DNA of 64,000 nucleotides from Candidatus Chisholmbacteria bacterium RIFCSPHIGHO2_01_FULL_52_32 (GCA_001816585.1 MHCJ01000003.1:714681-778680); one strand, 5' to 3'; numbered from the stretch's first letter, positions 27,168-36,678 are shown. Notes: generated by a model not told the origin, from the sequence alone. Translations and numbers: made by a program.

Positions 27168-28847
27168 TTATTCCCGCACGGCGCGCCGGATCTCTTCGAT
27201 GGTGGTAATACCGGCTGCGACTTTGTTCAGGCCATCCTGAAGCATGGTCACCATTCCTTGTTTGAGGGCTGACTGTTTGATCTCTTCTGCGGAGGGACGC
27301 TTGGTTGTTTTCTCGCGGATCTCATCATTCACCTCAAAGACCTCAAAGATGCCCACCCTCGCTTTGTATCCGGAACCACCGCATTCATCGCAGCCTTTCC
27401 CTCTGAAAAATTTCGTTTTTCTCATTGCGACTCCGAATTGTGCGACCAGAAGCTTCATTTCGGTTTCGTTTGGTTCGTACTCAGACACACATGACTGACA
27501 AATCCGGCGAACCAGGCGCTGCGCGATGATCATAATGATGGTTGATGCTACAAGGTACCCCTCAACGCCCATGTCAAGGAGACGCGGAATAGCACCCGGA
27601 GCATCGTTGGTATGCAAGGTTGAAAGCACGAGGTGACCGGTCAGGGCAGCATGGATGGCGATGTTGGCCGTTTCTTCATCACGGATCTCGCCAACCATGA
27701 TAATGTTTGGGTCGTGGCGAATGATCGACCGCAAGCCTTTCGCAAACGTCAGTCCTGCCTTCGGATTAATTTGTGTTTGATTGACACGCCGAACACTGTA
27801 TTCAACCGGATCCTCGACGGTAACGATGTTTACGGCGGTGGTGTTTAAGATCGTTAAAACACTGTAGAGCGTGGTCGTTTTTCCCGAGCCGGTGGGGCCG
27901 GTGACAAGGATCATTCCGTGCGGCTGGTGGATCGCCCGCTGCACCACCTCGAGTCCTTCCTTGGCCAGGCCGAGTTCTTCGAGGCTTAACGGCCGTTCCG
28001 TTTCCGGGAGGAGTCTTAGGACGATGTTTTCTCCGAAATACGTGGGCATGACGGAAACCCTGAGGGCAATAATTTCTTCTTGTGCCTGAAACTTGAACCG
28101 TCCATCTTGAGGAATTCGGTGCTCATCAAGCTTGAGGGAAGAGAGAATCTTGATTCTCGCGATAATTGCGGGCTGTATCTCTTTTGGCAGAATGATGATG
28201 TCGCGCAAGATGCCGTCTACGCGAAACCGTATCAGGAGCGCTTCCTGCATTGTTTCGATGTGGATGTCGGATGCCCTTTCCGCCATGGCATACTCAAGGA
28301 TCGTATTGAAGATTTTAATGACCGGGAGTTCCTCGGCTGCCCTAACGATATCCTTTCCCAGTTTTGCGGCTTTCCTGATGTTATCCTGGATGATTTTCTC
28401 GAACTCCAACTTAATGTTCTTTTTGTATTGTCCAAGAGCTCTGGTGAGATCGGCCGGAGTAATGTAATACGGGATAATCTTGAGTCCCGTTTTTCTTTTC
28501 GTGAATTCCATTGCCTCAAAGTCCGAGGGGTTTTCCATACCTAAATGGAGTTCATTCCCCTTCTTTTCAAACGGTATTATCCTGTAGGAGTGGGCGGTCT
28601 TTTCGGGAACAAGTTCCAACACTTGGGAAGGAATTACTTTGTTGTGAATGGCTAGGAAGGGAACGCTCAACTCCCGAGCAATTTGTTTCCCTAAGAGATC
28701 CTCGGTGATCAGACCACGAAAAATAAGGATGTCAATGACATCCTTATCAAAATCTTTTGCGTCCTTCTCTGCGGCCGTGAATTCTTGATCAGTGACAAAA
28801 CCTGAATCTACGAGGATTTTCTTTAAAGTAGCTTGGTTAAGCTCCAT
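27168..28847 (-). CDS. pilB: Type IV pilus assembly ATPase PilB (GspE family)
   Basis: ASDIHIE, PQDGR, GPTGSGKTT, EDPVEY, GEIRD, STLHTND, CxxC...CxxC. Confidence 0.95.
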   Translation of the reverse strand: MELNQATLKKILVDSGFVTDQEFTAAEKDAKDFDKDVIDILIFRGLITEDLLGKQIARELSVPFLAIHNKVIPSQVLELVPEKTAHSYRIIPFEKKGNELHLGMENPSDFEAMEFTKRKTGLKIIPYYITPADLTRALGQYKKNIKLEFEKIIQDNIRKAAKLGKDIVRAAEELPVIKIFNTILEYAMAERASDIHIETMQEALLIRFRVDGILRDIIILPKEIQPAIIARIKILSSLKLDEHRIPQDGRFKFQAQEEIIALRVSVMPTYFGENIVLRLLPETERPLSLEELGLAKEGLEVVQRAIHQPHGMILVTGPTGSGKTTTLYSVLTILNTTAVNIVTVEDPVEYSVRRVNQTQINPKAGLTFAKGLRSIIRHDPNIIMVGEIRDEETANIAIHAALTGHLVLSTLHTNDAPGAIPRLLDMGVEGYLVASTIIMIIAQRLVRRICQSCVSEYEPNETEMKLLVAQFGVAMRKTKFFRGKGCDECGGSGYKARVGIFEVFEVNDEIREKTTKRPSAEEIKQSALKQGMVTMLQDGLNKVAAGITTIEEIRRAVRE

Positions 28848-28883
28848 TTGAGCAGGTTTCCCGGAAGGCAGGACTTAAGCACC

Positions 28884-29291
28884 TTATCCCTTGTGTTGAT
28901 CTTTAAGATACCCTTGGATGCGCTGCACGAGCTGGTCCGGAACAACCGTGCTTTTTATGATTGCTCCGGCTGCACCGAGTGCCTTGCACTTTTCTATAAC
29001 CTCCACTTGATCCGAATTGGTTAGCATGACAATGGGGCCATTCGCTTTTTGAGGAGGATTTTCTTTCAGCTCTTTCAGGATCTGTGTTCCTTCCAATCCC
29101 GGGAGAAGGAAATCTAAAAGCACAAGATCATATCCTCCTTGTTTGGCTTTTTCCAATCCTTCTTTGCCTTCGACCGCCTGGTCAACTTGTAATCCTTCCC
29201 GCTCAAGTACATCTACGTAAAGCGCGCGAAGGGTGCCGTCATCATCCACGAGCAGCACTTTTCCCTTTCCCTTTGGCATAGCAAGATTCAT
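28884..29291 (-). CDS. Single-domain response regulator heading the pilB-pilC unit
   Basis: VLLVDDD, LLDFLLP, MLTN, IIKS. Confidence 0.9.
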   Translation of the reverse strand: MNLAMPKGKGKVLLVDDDGTLRALYVDVLEREGLQVDQAVEGKEGLEKAKQGGYDLVLLDFLLPGLEGTQILKELKENPPQKANGPIVMLTNSDQVEVIEKCKALGAAGAIIKSTVVPDQLVQRIQGYLKDQHKG

Positions 29292-29294
29292 TGT

Positions 29295-29369
29295 ATACCC
29301 CTTTTGCACCAGATTTCAAACTTTTTAGGCCTATCCGGCCAGATTTTGAATCTGGTGCATCGTGGTATT
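29295..29369 (-). ncRNA. Conserved structured leader RNA motif, copy 2 (5' of RR-pilB-pilC)
   Basis: AAUACCAC..CCAGA-U-UCAAA-AUCU-GGCC-GGAUA-GGCC-UAAAAAG-UUUGA-A-A-UCUGG..GGGGUAU-aca-AUG, starting 4 nt after a GATAAT box. Confidence 0.75.
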
Positions 29370-29555
29370 TCACATTATCCGCTTTTTATATTTTAGATAA
29401 GAGGAGTTTATATGATGGGATCCAATTTTCAAGCAAGGTGAGCACTGGCAAGAAGGAAAGTACAGCCAGACAGGCCATGAAATCTTCAGGCTTCACGCGA
29501 GGAGAAATTCTTCAAAAGCCCCTGCTCCAAGCCCAGCATGGATGCCTGGAGCGTG

Positions 29556-30254
29556 TTACTCAATATCCTTGCGGAAGCGTTCGTACCAATCCGTCAGGAA
29601 ACGCGAAACAAGGTCTTTTGCCCCAAGTCCTAATGCAAGACCAAAGCCTAAAGCAAGCATGGCGATTACCCCTGTAAAGATCGTGTTGATGAACGCTTGG
29701 GCAATCTTTAACTCCGAAATTGCGGCGAGTGCCGTAAACACCACAATTGTGTAGCTGGCTATCTTCCCAAGCAGTCTGCCCGCTTTGACGTCAACGCTTC
29801 CGACTGCCCCTTTCACCAGGCTTTCAACAACTCCTGAAATCAGCACCCCGATTGTCAGAATGAGTGCTGCTGAAATGACATTGGGGATATACCCTAAAAT
29901 GCTTTCCAAAACTTGAGAAACGGTGGAAAGTCCAAGAATATTGACCGAAGCGATGAAAAAGACCAAGATGATCAACCATTTGATAATGGCTCCGATCGTT
30001 TCCTCGATCCTCACCGTAATGTCTGCTTTTTTGAGAAATTGTTGGATCCCCGTGTCTTTGATGAGGTTTGACAGCCTGAGCGAATCAAGGATTTTGATTA
30101 TTATCGCCCTTGCCCATCCGGCCACAATCCACCCTACAAGAAAAACGGCAATTGCGGCGATGAGGTTCGGGAAAAACGATAACAGCCTTGTCGTTACATC
30201 CGTCCAGGCTGCAACCAGGGTTCCGCTATAGGTTTGGTTTACGCTCGTTGGCAT
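29556..30254 (-). CDS. Mechanosensitive-channel-associated TM-helix repeat protein (CmpX-like)
   Basis: FFPNLIAA, YIPNVISA repeats, ALGFGLALGLGAKD; SD GGAGGTGA. Confidence 0.8.
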   Translation of the reverse strand: MPTSVNQTYSGTLVAAWTDVTTRLLSFFPNLIAAIAVFLVGWIVAGWARAIIIKILDSLRLSNLIKDTGIQQFLKKADITVRIEETIGAIIKWLIILVFFIASVNILGLSTVSQVLESILGYIPNVISAALILTIGVLISGVVESLVKGAVGSVDVKAGRLLGKIASYTIVVFTALAAISELKIAQAFINTIFTGVIAMLALGFGLALGLGAKDLVSRFLTDWYERFRKDIE

Positions 30255-30568
30255 GTTGTGTTTTTCACCTCCGTCTCTTTGGGCGCGGTGTTCATCATAA
30301 GCCAATCGATCATCTCAGGGATCTTGTTTTTACGACTTGATCTCTATTATCGGATCATCTGAATGATTTGTCAATGAATTTTGCTTTATTCCATAGGTAT
30401 TTTATAATATCCACAGTGAACATCGGCGTACACGGTCATAATGACCTCGGCTGCTTTGCGTGGAAATGATGTTACGGATGAACAAGTTTTTAGTATTCCT
30501 GAACGGGCTAAGGAATTTCAGCCTACACTCACTGATCTTGTAATTCTTTAACTTATTGAATAGGTACT

Positions 30569-31519
30569 ATGGGAGAAAAGCCATCTCATTCATCTGAACA
30601 GTTCCCAGAAACGGATCACGAAATTTTATTCGAAGAAGTTCGTCCTCCTTTGTCATTTCATATGGCAAACCCCGCGCACCGTGAAGAAGTGGCCTTTCGT
30701 GTTGCTCAAGGAGAACCGATAGGAATCTTTGTGGTTCAGTATGGGGTCGTCTTCTCCGCAGAAGATGAGGCCACGACCAACAAGCTTCTTACCCAAGTTA
30801 AGGGTCCTCATCGCACCTCCCCCATTCCGATTTGGATCCAACATCCACGAGAAATCGTTGCTGCGGATATCGTGGATTTTACGAGAATTCATCCCGATTT
30901 ACACTATCTTTTTCAGGATCCATCCGAACTTGCCGATAGAACACAAGGTCTCTGCATGGTTAAATTTCCTATCAAGCCAGACTCAGCGCTTAACGGGACT
31001 CCACTCCATTCCCTCGTTTCCGACGAAGACGAAACTGGCAAATGGCTTCTTTTTTTCCATGCGGGACGGGCTTTCCCTCATGCCCAGAAATTCATTGAGA
31101 GGATCTATGATGGCGGAATTCAACTGGTTGGGATAAGCTCCCTCAATGTGCATGGAGGAGTATCGCCCACATCCCTTGAAGAGGCCATAGCGTTCTGTGA
31201 AGTGAGGAATGTTTCTTCTTTTATTGTTGATCGTGGTTCCCGGTTCACCGAAAGAAGGGGTTCCTATCCCATCATTCAAATAACGCATGAGGGGGCTATG
31301 CTTCGGCGTCTTGGAAATGTGCCGGTTCGATATCTTGAGGCGGCGGGGTGGAGGATAACCGGTGATGATAGTGCCGTTCCTCAGCCAACTATTCCTCCTT
31401 CCGAAAGGAGAGACTTTGAAACCGAGATGCGCACCTTCTCACTGATCTGGGAAGAATTCCCTGAGCTTTCAAACCTCATTATCCAGACCGACCACTCCTC
31501 TTCCCAACTGAAGAAATGA
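30569..31519 (+). CDS. Hypothetical protein, weakly YrdC/Sua5-like
   Basis: QYGVV, VKGP.R..P, ISSLNVHG, SYPII, LRRLGN resemble YrdC-fold motifs (YG, K.R, SSAN.SG, ST.., R.G). Confidence 0.5.
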   Translation: MGEKPSHSSEQFPETDHEILFEEVRPPLSFHMANPAHREEVAFRVAQGEPIGIFVVQYGVVFSAEDEATTNKLLTQVKGPHRTSPIPIWIQHPREIVAADIVDFTRIHPDLHYLFQDPSELADRTQGLCMVKFPIKPDSALNGTPLHSLVSDEDETGKWLLFFHAGRAFPHAQKFIERIYDGGIQLVGISSLNVHGGVSPTSLEEAIAFCEVRNVSSFIVDRGSRFTERRGSYPIIQITHEGAMLRRLGNVPVRYLEAAGWRITGDDSAVPQPTIPPSERRDFETEMRTFSLIWEEFPELSNLIIQTDHSSSQLKK

Positions 31520-31561
31520 TGTTTATTACCTTAAGAAAAAAAGCGGGACTTTTCTTTCCTT

Positions 31562-31966
31562 CTATTCACTCAAAACAGCTGCCGCCGCTTTTGCGCATTC
31601 CACATCTTGAGAAATATCTGGAGAGCCTCCGACACCAATTGCTCCGATCAGGGTTTTCCCTTGTAAAATTGGTATACCTCCGGCCATAGTCGTTAATTCT
31701 CCACCAAATAGTGTGTTAATCCCAAAGTACGGCATTCCTTCTTTTGCGAACTGCGCTAATCCTTCGCTTGGTACTGCAAGGGCGGCTGATGTCCATGCTT
31801 TTGTCTGGGCAATCCGAGGGCTTATGGGTAGTGCTCCATCCATTCGACTCGCAGCGATGGTTGATCCGTGGTTGTCCACGATAACCGTACTGACTGCGAT
31901 TCCTAGGGATTCTGCTTTCTTCTCGGATGACTGAAGGGCCTTTTTTGCCTGGCTTAACGTCATCAT
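31562..31966 (-). CDS. GlcG/HbpS family heme-binding protein
   Basis: IVDNHG, RMDGA, AQTKAWTS, AGGIPI, GAIGVGG, QDVECA; SD AAGGAGGTGA. Confidence 0.9.
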   Translation of the reverse strand: MMTLSQAKKALQSSEKKAESLGIAVSTVIVDNHGSTIAASRMDGALPISPRIAQTKAWTSAALAVPSEGLAQFAKEGMPYFGINTLFGGELTTMAGGIPILQGKTLIGAIGVGGSPDISQDVECAKAAAAVLSE

Positions 31967-32093
31967 GTCTTCACCTCCTTTCAATTCCAGTTTTCATGTT
32001 ATTCTCGGTTTCATACTGATCTTCTGTCTCATCCATCATTCCATAAACTGGTATGCTACTTTTCCCTCGTTTCGGACGCCCTCTCTTTTCACC

Positions 32094-34025
32094 TTAAGCG
32101 ATCAAAGTTGCCAGATGCTTTCCTTGGACAATATATTGTTTATTGTCGTACAAGTCTTCAAGTGTCGGTATCCTGCCCAATTTTGCGGTTAGCGCAGCAA
32201 CTGGGGCGGAGGAAAGATATACTTCTGCTTCCCGATCACCCATTCTTCCTGGGTAATTCCGGTTGTTTGTCGATAATACCCTCTCACCTTTATTCACCCT
32301 TGCTCCTAAACCAAGACAAGGGCCGCATGATCGCTCTCTGGCGATTCTTGCCCCTGATCTAGTTAAAGAGGATAAGATGCCGATTCCTTGAGCATGTTTC
32401 CTGGTGAGGGGATCAGCCAAATGAATATCTATCGGAATTCGGGTCCGTTCTCCCTGCAGAACGCTCGCGAGGATTGCAATATCCTGAAGCGTTGAACCTG
32501 CGCAGGAATTGAATATCAACCGATCAAACGTCATCTGATCGCGCAATTCTGCAAGAGGAGTGACCTCCTTGTGTGAATGTGGCCCAACAACGGCAGGTTC
32601 GGTCTCTGCAAGATTCACACGGATCTTGGCGGCATACTCGGCTCCTGGATCCGGCTGCAGATGTTCAAAGATACGCCCAATTTCTTGGTCAGAAATATCT
32701 TCAAGATTTTTCCCGTAGGCTCTTAAGTAATCTATGACTTGTGGATTTGGCGTTGTGCCGATAGATCCTATTCCACCATACTCCGTGACGGCATTAAAAT
32801 GTTTGGCGGCTTCACTGTAGGGTAAACGCGCAAATCCCTCTCCCCCAATCTCAAACATCATTCCATTTCCCATTGACCCACGAAAGTACCGATGAACTAA
32901 TTGCCAAATTGTGTCCTTCGTGTCACAGATCTCTGGTAAATCTCCGATAAACTCGAGTTTGATCGTTGGTGGTAGCGTGTATGGAATTAAGCCTTCATTG
33001 GCAATGGCACAAGCTGCTGCGGTATATCCGATAGGAATAACCAATGCGCCTGGGATAATTCCCAACTCTGGCGAATGCGAATCCATTCCTACAATCACCG
33101 ATCCTACCGGCAACCTTAGGGGAAGGACTTTGTTGTAGATCCCATCATCCCCTCTAAAGGCTTCTGAGTATTTTTCCCAATACCGTTTGACGGTTTCGAT
33201 AGCCCTAATGGCATTTGGGTCGTCCGAACCGCTGAAATGGTCTGCGAACAGCCAGAAATGATTTGTAGGGAAAGAGATCTTTCCATTGAAGTATCTGTTG
33301 AGTACCCTTTCCATGTGGGCTATAAAAACGTCATATCCGACTAACTCTTGGGTTTGTATAACCATCGAGTCGCCAGCCCTATATCGGTCTTCCCCAGAAG
33401 CTCTTTTGACTTTTCCTGCTACCGTCCCACCAATTACGGAGCACACTTTTTCCACCGCAGTTTGAGGAAATGGTGCACGCTCTGGAATTTCATCTTGAGG
33501 AAATGCTTCTTCACTTTCGTAAATTGCTCGTATGTATCTCGGCAATCCTCCGTAGTGAAGAATTCTCCTCTGAACAAAAGATAGCCCTCTTGTGAATTCT
33601 TCAAGCTGTGGTTCCTTTCCTTCCATAATTTTCTGAAGAAGAAAAAAATCCGTAGAAGGAACTACACCCTGATTAATCAAATTTTCAAAGAATATCGGTC
33701 CAAAAGACTCTGCAAATACTGCGCCGAACCCGTTTAATCGAACCGCTTCTGCTGCGTTTTCTCTTGAGGAACCGATCCCGAAGTTGCGGCCTCCCACTAA
33801 AATTCGGGACCGATCTTCTTGCCGATTACCATAATCCCAATTTGGGAAAATCCTCAGGAGTGCCTGCCGTAATCCTTCCTCCTCCAGAATTAAAGCATCT
33901 TTCCCCGTAATAAGGTGGTCGGTTGTGATGTCCGGGAGAAGATCTTCTGGGAGCCTATTGCCGCCTCTTCTCTCTGGGTGTTCAATTGCTGATTTGGATA
34001 AAAAAACGATTCCTTCAGGACTCAT
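32094..34025 (-). CDS. Aconitase-family hydratase: small (LeuD-like) subunit fused N-terminally to large (LeuC-like) subunit
   Basis: DITTDHLI, GRNFGIGSSRENA, AESFGPIFFEN; then ADHF, MDSHS, NSCAGS, SCGPCLG, STNNRNYPGRMG. Confidence 0.85.
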   Translation of the reverse strand: MSPEGIVFLSKSAIEHPERRGGNRLPEDLLPDITTDHLITGKDALILEEEGLRQALLRIFPNWDYGNRQEDRSRILVGGRNFGIGSSRENAAEAVRLNGFGAVFAESFGPIFFENLINQGVVPSTDFFLLQKIMEGKEPQLEEFTRGLSFVQRRILHYGGLPRYIRAIYESEEAFPQDEIPERAPFPQTAVEKVCSVIGGTVAGKVKRASGEDRYRAGDSMVIQTQELVGYDVFIAHMERVLNRYFNGKISFPTNHFWLFADHFSGSDDPNAIRAIETVKRYWEKYSEAFRGDDGIYNKVLPLRLPVGSVIVGMDSHSPELGIIPGALVIPIGYTAAACAIANEGLIPYTLPPTIKLEFIGDLPEICDTKDTIWQLVHRYFRGSMGNGMMFEIGGEGFARLPYSEAAKHFNAVTEYGGIGSIGTTPNPQVIDYLRAYGKNLEDISDQEIGRIFEHLQPDPGAEYAAKIRVNLAETEPAVVGPHSHKEVTPLAELRDQMTFDRLIFNSCAGSTLQDIAILASVLQGERTRIPIDIHLADPLTRKHAQGIGILSSLTRSGARIARERSCGPCLGLGARVNKGERVLSTNNRNYPGRMGDREAEVYLSSAPVAALTAKLGRIPTLEDLYDNKQYIVQGKHLATLIA

Positions 34026-34231
34026 CGTTCTGTGTCTATTGCTGACATTCTGCCTACCTCTCTCTCTTCCCTTCTACGTTTCATTCTCTGGGCTTGATCG
34101 CTTTTTTCCAATCTTGTATAACTTAGATAGTTTTATTCCAGATACATGATTATTCTTCCTTGAAGAATTATATCAGGCCTGAATTCTGTCACCAATCGGA
34201 TGCCTGTCATGTTGTTTAAGAGCATTCCTTT

Positions 34232-35551
34232 ATGACATATCAGACTACTCCTCAATCCAAAAAAACCATTGAAGCTCTTTGGCGTTTGGAAAAAATCATC
34301 CTCAATTCTCTTGACTTTAATCAGGTTGTCAGAGAAATTGTCGATAGCGTTCTTCTGGAATTAGGATATTTGCAGTTGGGTTATGAAATCGTTGTGCTTT
34401 GTTTGATTGATCCGAAGGAACATGTTCTGCGGCGGATTTCTATCTCGCAAACTTCAAAGGCCCAGCAGGCTCTTGCGGAAAGCCCAGTACCATTCTCTGA
34501 TATTGTTATCCCTCTTTCCTACACAAAGAATTTGCTTATTCAGTCAGTCAAACAAAAATCCCCTCAAACAACTACGTCTTGGGCAGATGTCCTCACCCCG
34601 GCTCTGCCGCCTGATGAATGCATACGCATTCAAGCGCTTGTCGGTATTAAGGCAAGTTTGATTCTGCCTGTTCTTTCCCGAAATAAAGCGATTGGGGCTC
34701 TCATTTTTAGCATGAGTAAACCCTTATCGCGTGTTACTCCAGATGAGCGGGATCTCATACGAAGCTTCTCGGACATCGTCGGTCTCGCTGTCCAAAATGC
34801 TTCCCTCTACTCTCAGACAGAACGGGCAAATTTGAAACTCAAACGCGCAAACCGCAAACTCGTTCACCTAGACAAACTTAAGGATGAATTTGTGTTCATT
34901 GCCACCCATGAGCTGAAAAATCCAGTCACTGCGATGCGCGGATATCTCTCAATGGTCGAGGGCGGTGTCTATGGTTCAACTCCTCCAAAACTCAAGAAAG
35001 TTCTGGAACAACTTAATGCGAGTAATCAACAGCTCGTCCAGCTCGTCAACGACCTCCTGCAAATTGCACGCGCGGAAGCCAAGACCATTAAAATCAAGAC
35101 GCAGCCAACTGACCTTTCTCAATCCGTTACTGAAACCCTGGAATCGCTGAAGCCTTTAGCTGATCAGAAAAAGCTGGCGCTTGTTCACGACAGTACAATC
35201 AACATAAAAGTGATGGCTGATGACTCCCGACTGAAAGAAATCCTTAACAATCTCGTCAGCAATGCCATTAAATACTCCAACCGCGGGACGATCACCGTTT
35301 CGCATCGTCTCGAGGATTCCACCGTTACCACCCAAGTTTCCGATCGGGGCGTTGGTATTTCTGAAGCTGATCAAAAACGGCTGTTTACGCGCTTCTTCCG
35401 ATCTGAAGAAAAAACCGTCCGTGATATCCCGGGAACCGGCCTGGGACTATTCATCGTGAAACAGATTGTGGAGAAAATGGGTGGCAAGATCTGGTTTGAG
35501 TCTCAATTGGGCAAGGGTTCGACCTTCAGCTTTTCTCTTCCTTCCGCTTAA
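34232..35551 (+). CDS. Cytoplasmic GAF-domain sensor histidine kinase
   Basis: GAF, ATHELKNP, NLVSNAIKY, DRGVGI, FTRFFR, GTGLGL. Confidence 0.93.
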   Translation: MTYQTTPQSKKTIEALWRLEKIILNSLDFNQVVREIVDSVLLELGYLQLGYEIVVLCLIDPKEHVLRRISISQTSKAQQALAESPVPFSDIVIPLSYTKNLLIQSVKQKSPQTTTSWADVLTPALPPDECIRIQALVGIKASLILPVLSRNKAIGALIFSMSKPLSRVTPDERDLIRSFSDIVGLAVQNASLYSQTERANLKLKRANRKLVHLDKLKDEFVFIATHELKNPVTAMRGYLSMVEGGVYGSTPPKLKKVLEQLNASNQQLVQLVNDLLQIARAEAKTIKIKTQPTDLSQSVTETLESLKPLADQKKLALVHDSTINIKVMADDSRLKEILNNLVSNAIKYSNRGTITVSHRLEDSTVTTQVSDRGVGISEADQKRLFTRFFRSEEKTVRDIPGTGLGLFIVKQIVEKMGGKIWFESQLGKGSTFSFSLPSA

Positions 35552-35569
35552 GTAGCTTCCGTGTGGAAA

Positions 35570-35971
35570 CTATTTTTCTTGACCGGAAATCCCGCTATGG
35601 CCGTTTTCCTGCAGTATTTTCCTGATGATTTCAACAATTTGTTTTGGATCGGATTCGCTCTTATGAATAATCTTTACAGCTCCTTTTGCACTCGCCAGGT
35701 CCGTTTCATGCTGGTCTGATAAATTTGTCAGAATCACCACAGGGATTTTTTTTGTTTTTGGTTCTGCTTTCAACTGGTCCAGGACTTCTAGACCGCTCAT
35801 CTTCGGCAGCATCAGGTCTAAAAGAATAAGGGAAGGATTACCTGATTTTGCCTTCTCCAAACCTTCTTCACCATTTGAAGCAGTATCTACATCGAACTTC
35901 TCGAATGCGAAAATCTTTTGATGCATTCTTGAGACAAGCGGATCGTCTTCGATAATCAGTATTTTTGCCAT
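35570..35971 (-). CDS. Single-domain response regulator
   Basis: ILIIEDD, LLDLMLPKMSG, ILTN, HKS. Confidence 0.92.
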   Translation of the reverse strand: MAKILIIEDDPLVSRMHQKIFAFEKFDVDTASNGEEGLEKAKSGNPSLILLDLMLPKMSGLEVLDQLKAEPKTKKIPVVILTNLSDQHETDLASAKGAVKIIHKSESDPKQIVEIIRKILQENGHSGISGQEK

Positions 35972-36053
35972 GTTTCCTCTTTTTCTATTGTACGTTTCTC
36001 GCCTCCTCCTTGCAATAGAGTTGTTTTTGCGGCAAAATTTTGGTATATTTTCG

Positions 36054-36411
36054 GGTGCCAAGGAATCGAGGATGATGGGGTCCGACGTTAAGTCGGACTC
36101 AGGAAAGTCCAGACAGCGGAAAGCAAGGTGTTTCCCGCAAGGGGATGTCTCCCGACCTATGTCGGGGGGCCAGTTCGAGCAACAGAGACGAGTCCCCGTG
36201 AAGAATAAAACACTTCATGGGGGGTGAAACGGGCAATCCTCCCTGCTGCAACCTCCGACTGTCCCGCCTTTCGAGTTTAACTCGGAAACAAGATGCTTTC
36301 TCGATACCCCGGTTTTTATCGGGGGGCGGGACGAAGTTCGAGGGCAAAGAGAGATATCATCAGTCCGCCAACCGGCGGATCACAGAATCTGGCTTATCAT
36401 TCCTTGGTATT
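36054..36411 (+). ncRNA. rnpB: RNase P RNA
   Basis: P1 GTGCCAAGGAAT/ATTCCTTGGTAT; AGGAAAGTCC, CAACAGAGAC, GGTGAAACGGGCAATCC, ACAGAATCTGGCTTAT; TGGTATATT extended -10 upstream. Confidence 0.93.
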
Positions 36412-36415
36412 GACT

Positions 36416-36597
36416 GGCCATTTCTTTGCTTGTCCAAAGAAATGGTCGAAAGAAAAGACACGCTTGGAACTTTTCTTCAGGCCTCGGTTCGCTCAGAGTT
36501 ATGTCATCCAACTCCTTCGGGATAAACCCTCGTCAAGCAGTCGATGACCTTTCAATGGAATTCGCTCACCTTCGTCTTGAGTAAAAGTTCCAAAGCG
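36416..36597. repeat. Hairpin plus long imperfect inverted repeat downstream of rnpB
   Basis: GGCCATTTCTTTG/CAAAGAAATGGTC, then CGCTTGGAACTTTT (36461) / AAAAGTTCCAAAGCG (36597). Confidence 0.6.
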
Positions 36598-36678
36598 ATT
36601 TCAGAGAGTTTTATGAGGTGTGTTCACGTAGTTTGTTCTTGACCAAGTCTGACTTGGTTCTTGACTATATCGGGAGTT

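Noticed and set aside
28850-28883. SRP RNA-like CAGG..CCGGAAGG..AG
   Set aside because: Only about 35 nt of intergenic space and no flanking long helix.
29295-29369. c-di-GMP-I (GEMM) riboswitch, suggested by GGCCUAAA and the pilus context
   Set aside because: Lacks the GGCAAA..GAAA..GACGCAAAGC two-hairpin layout; it is one long hairpin.
36099-36547. Short ORFs over 36099-36547
   Set aside because: They overlap RNase P RNA and the downstream hairpin element.
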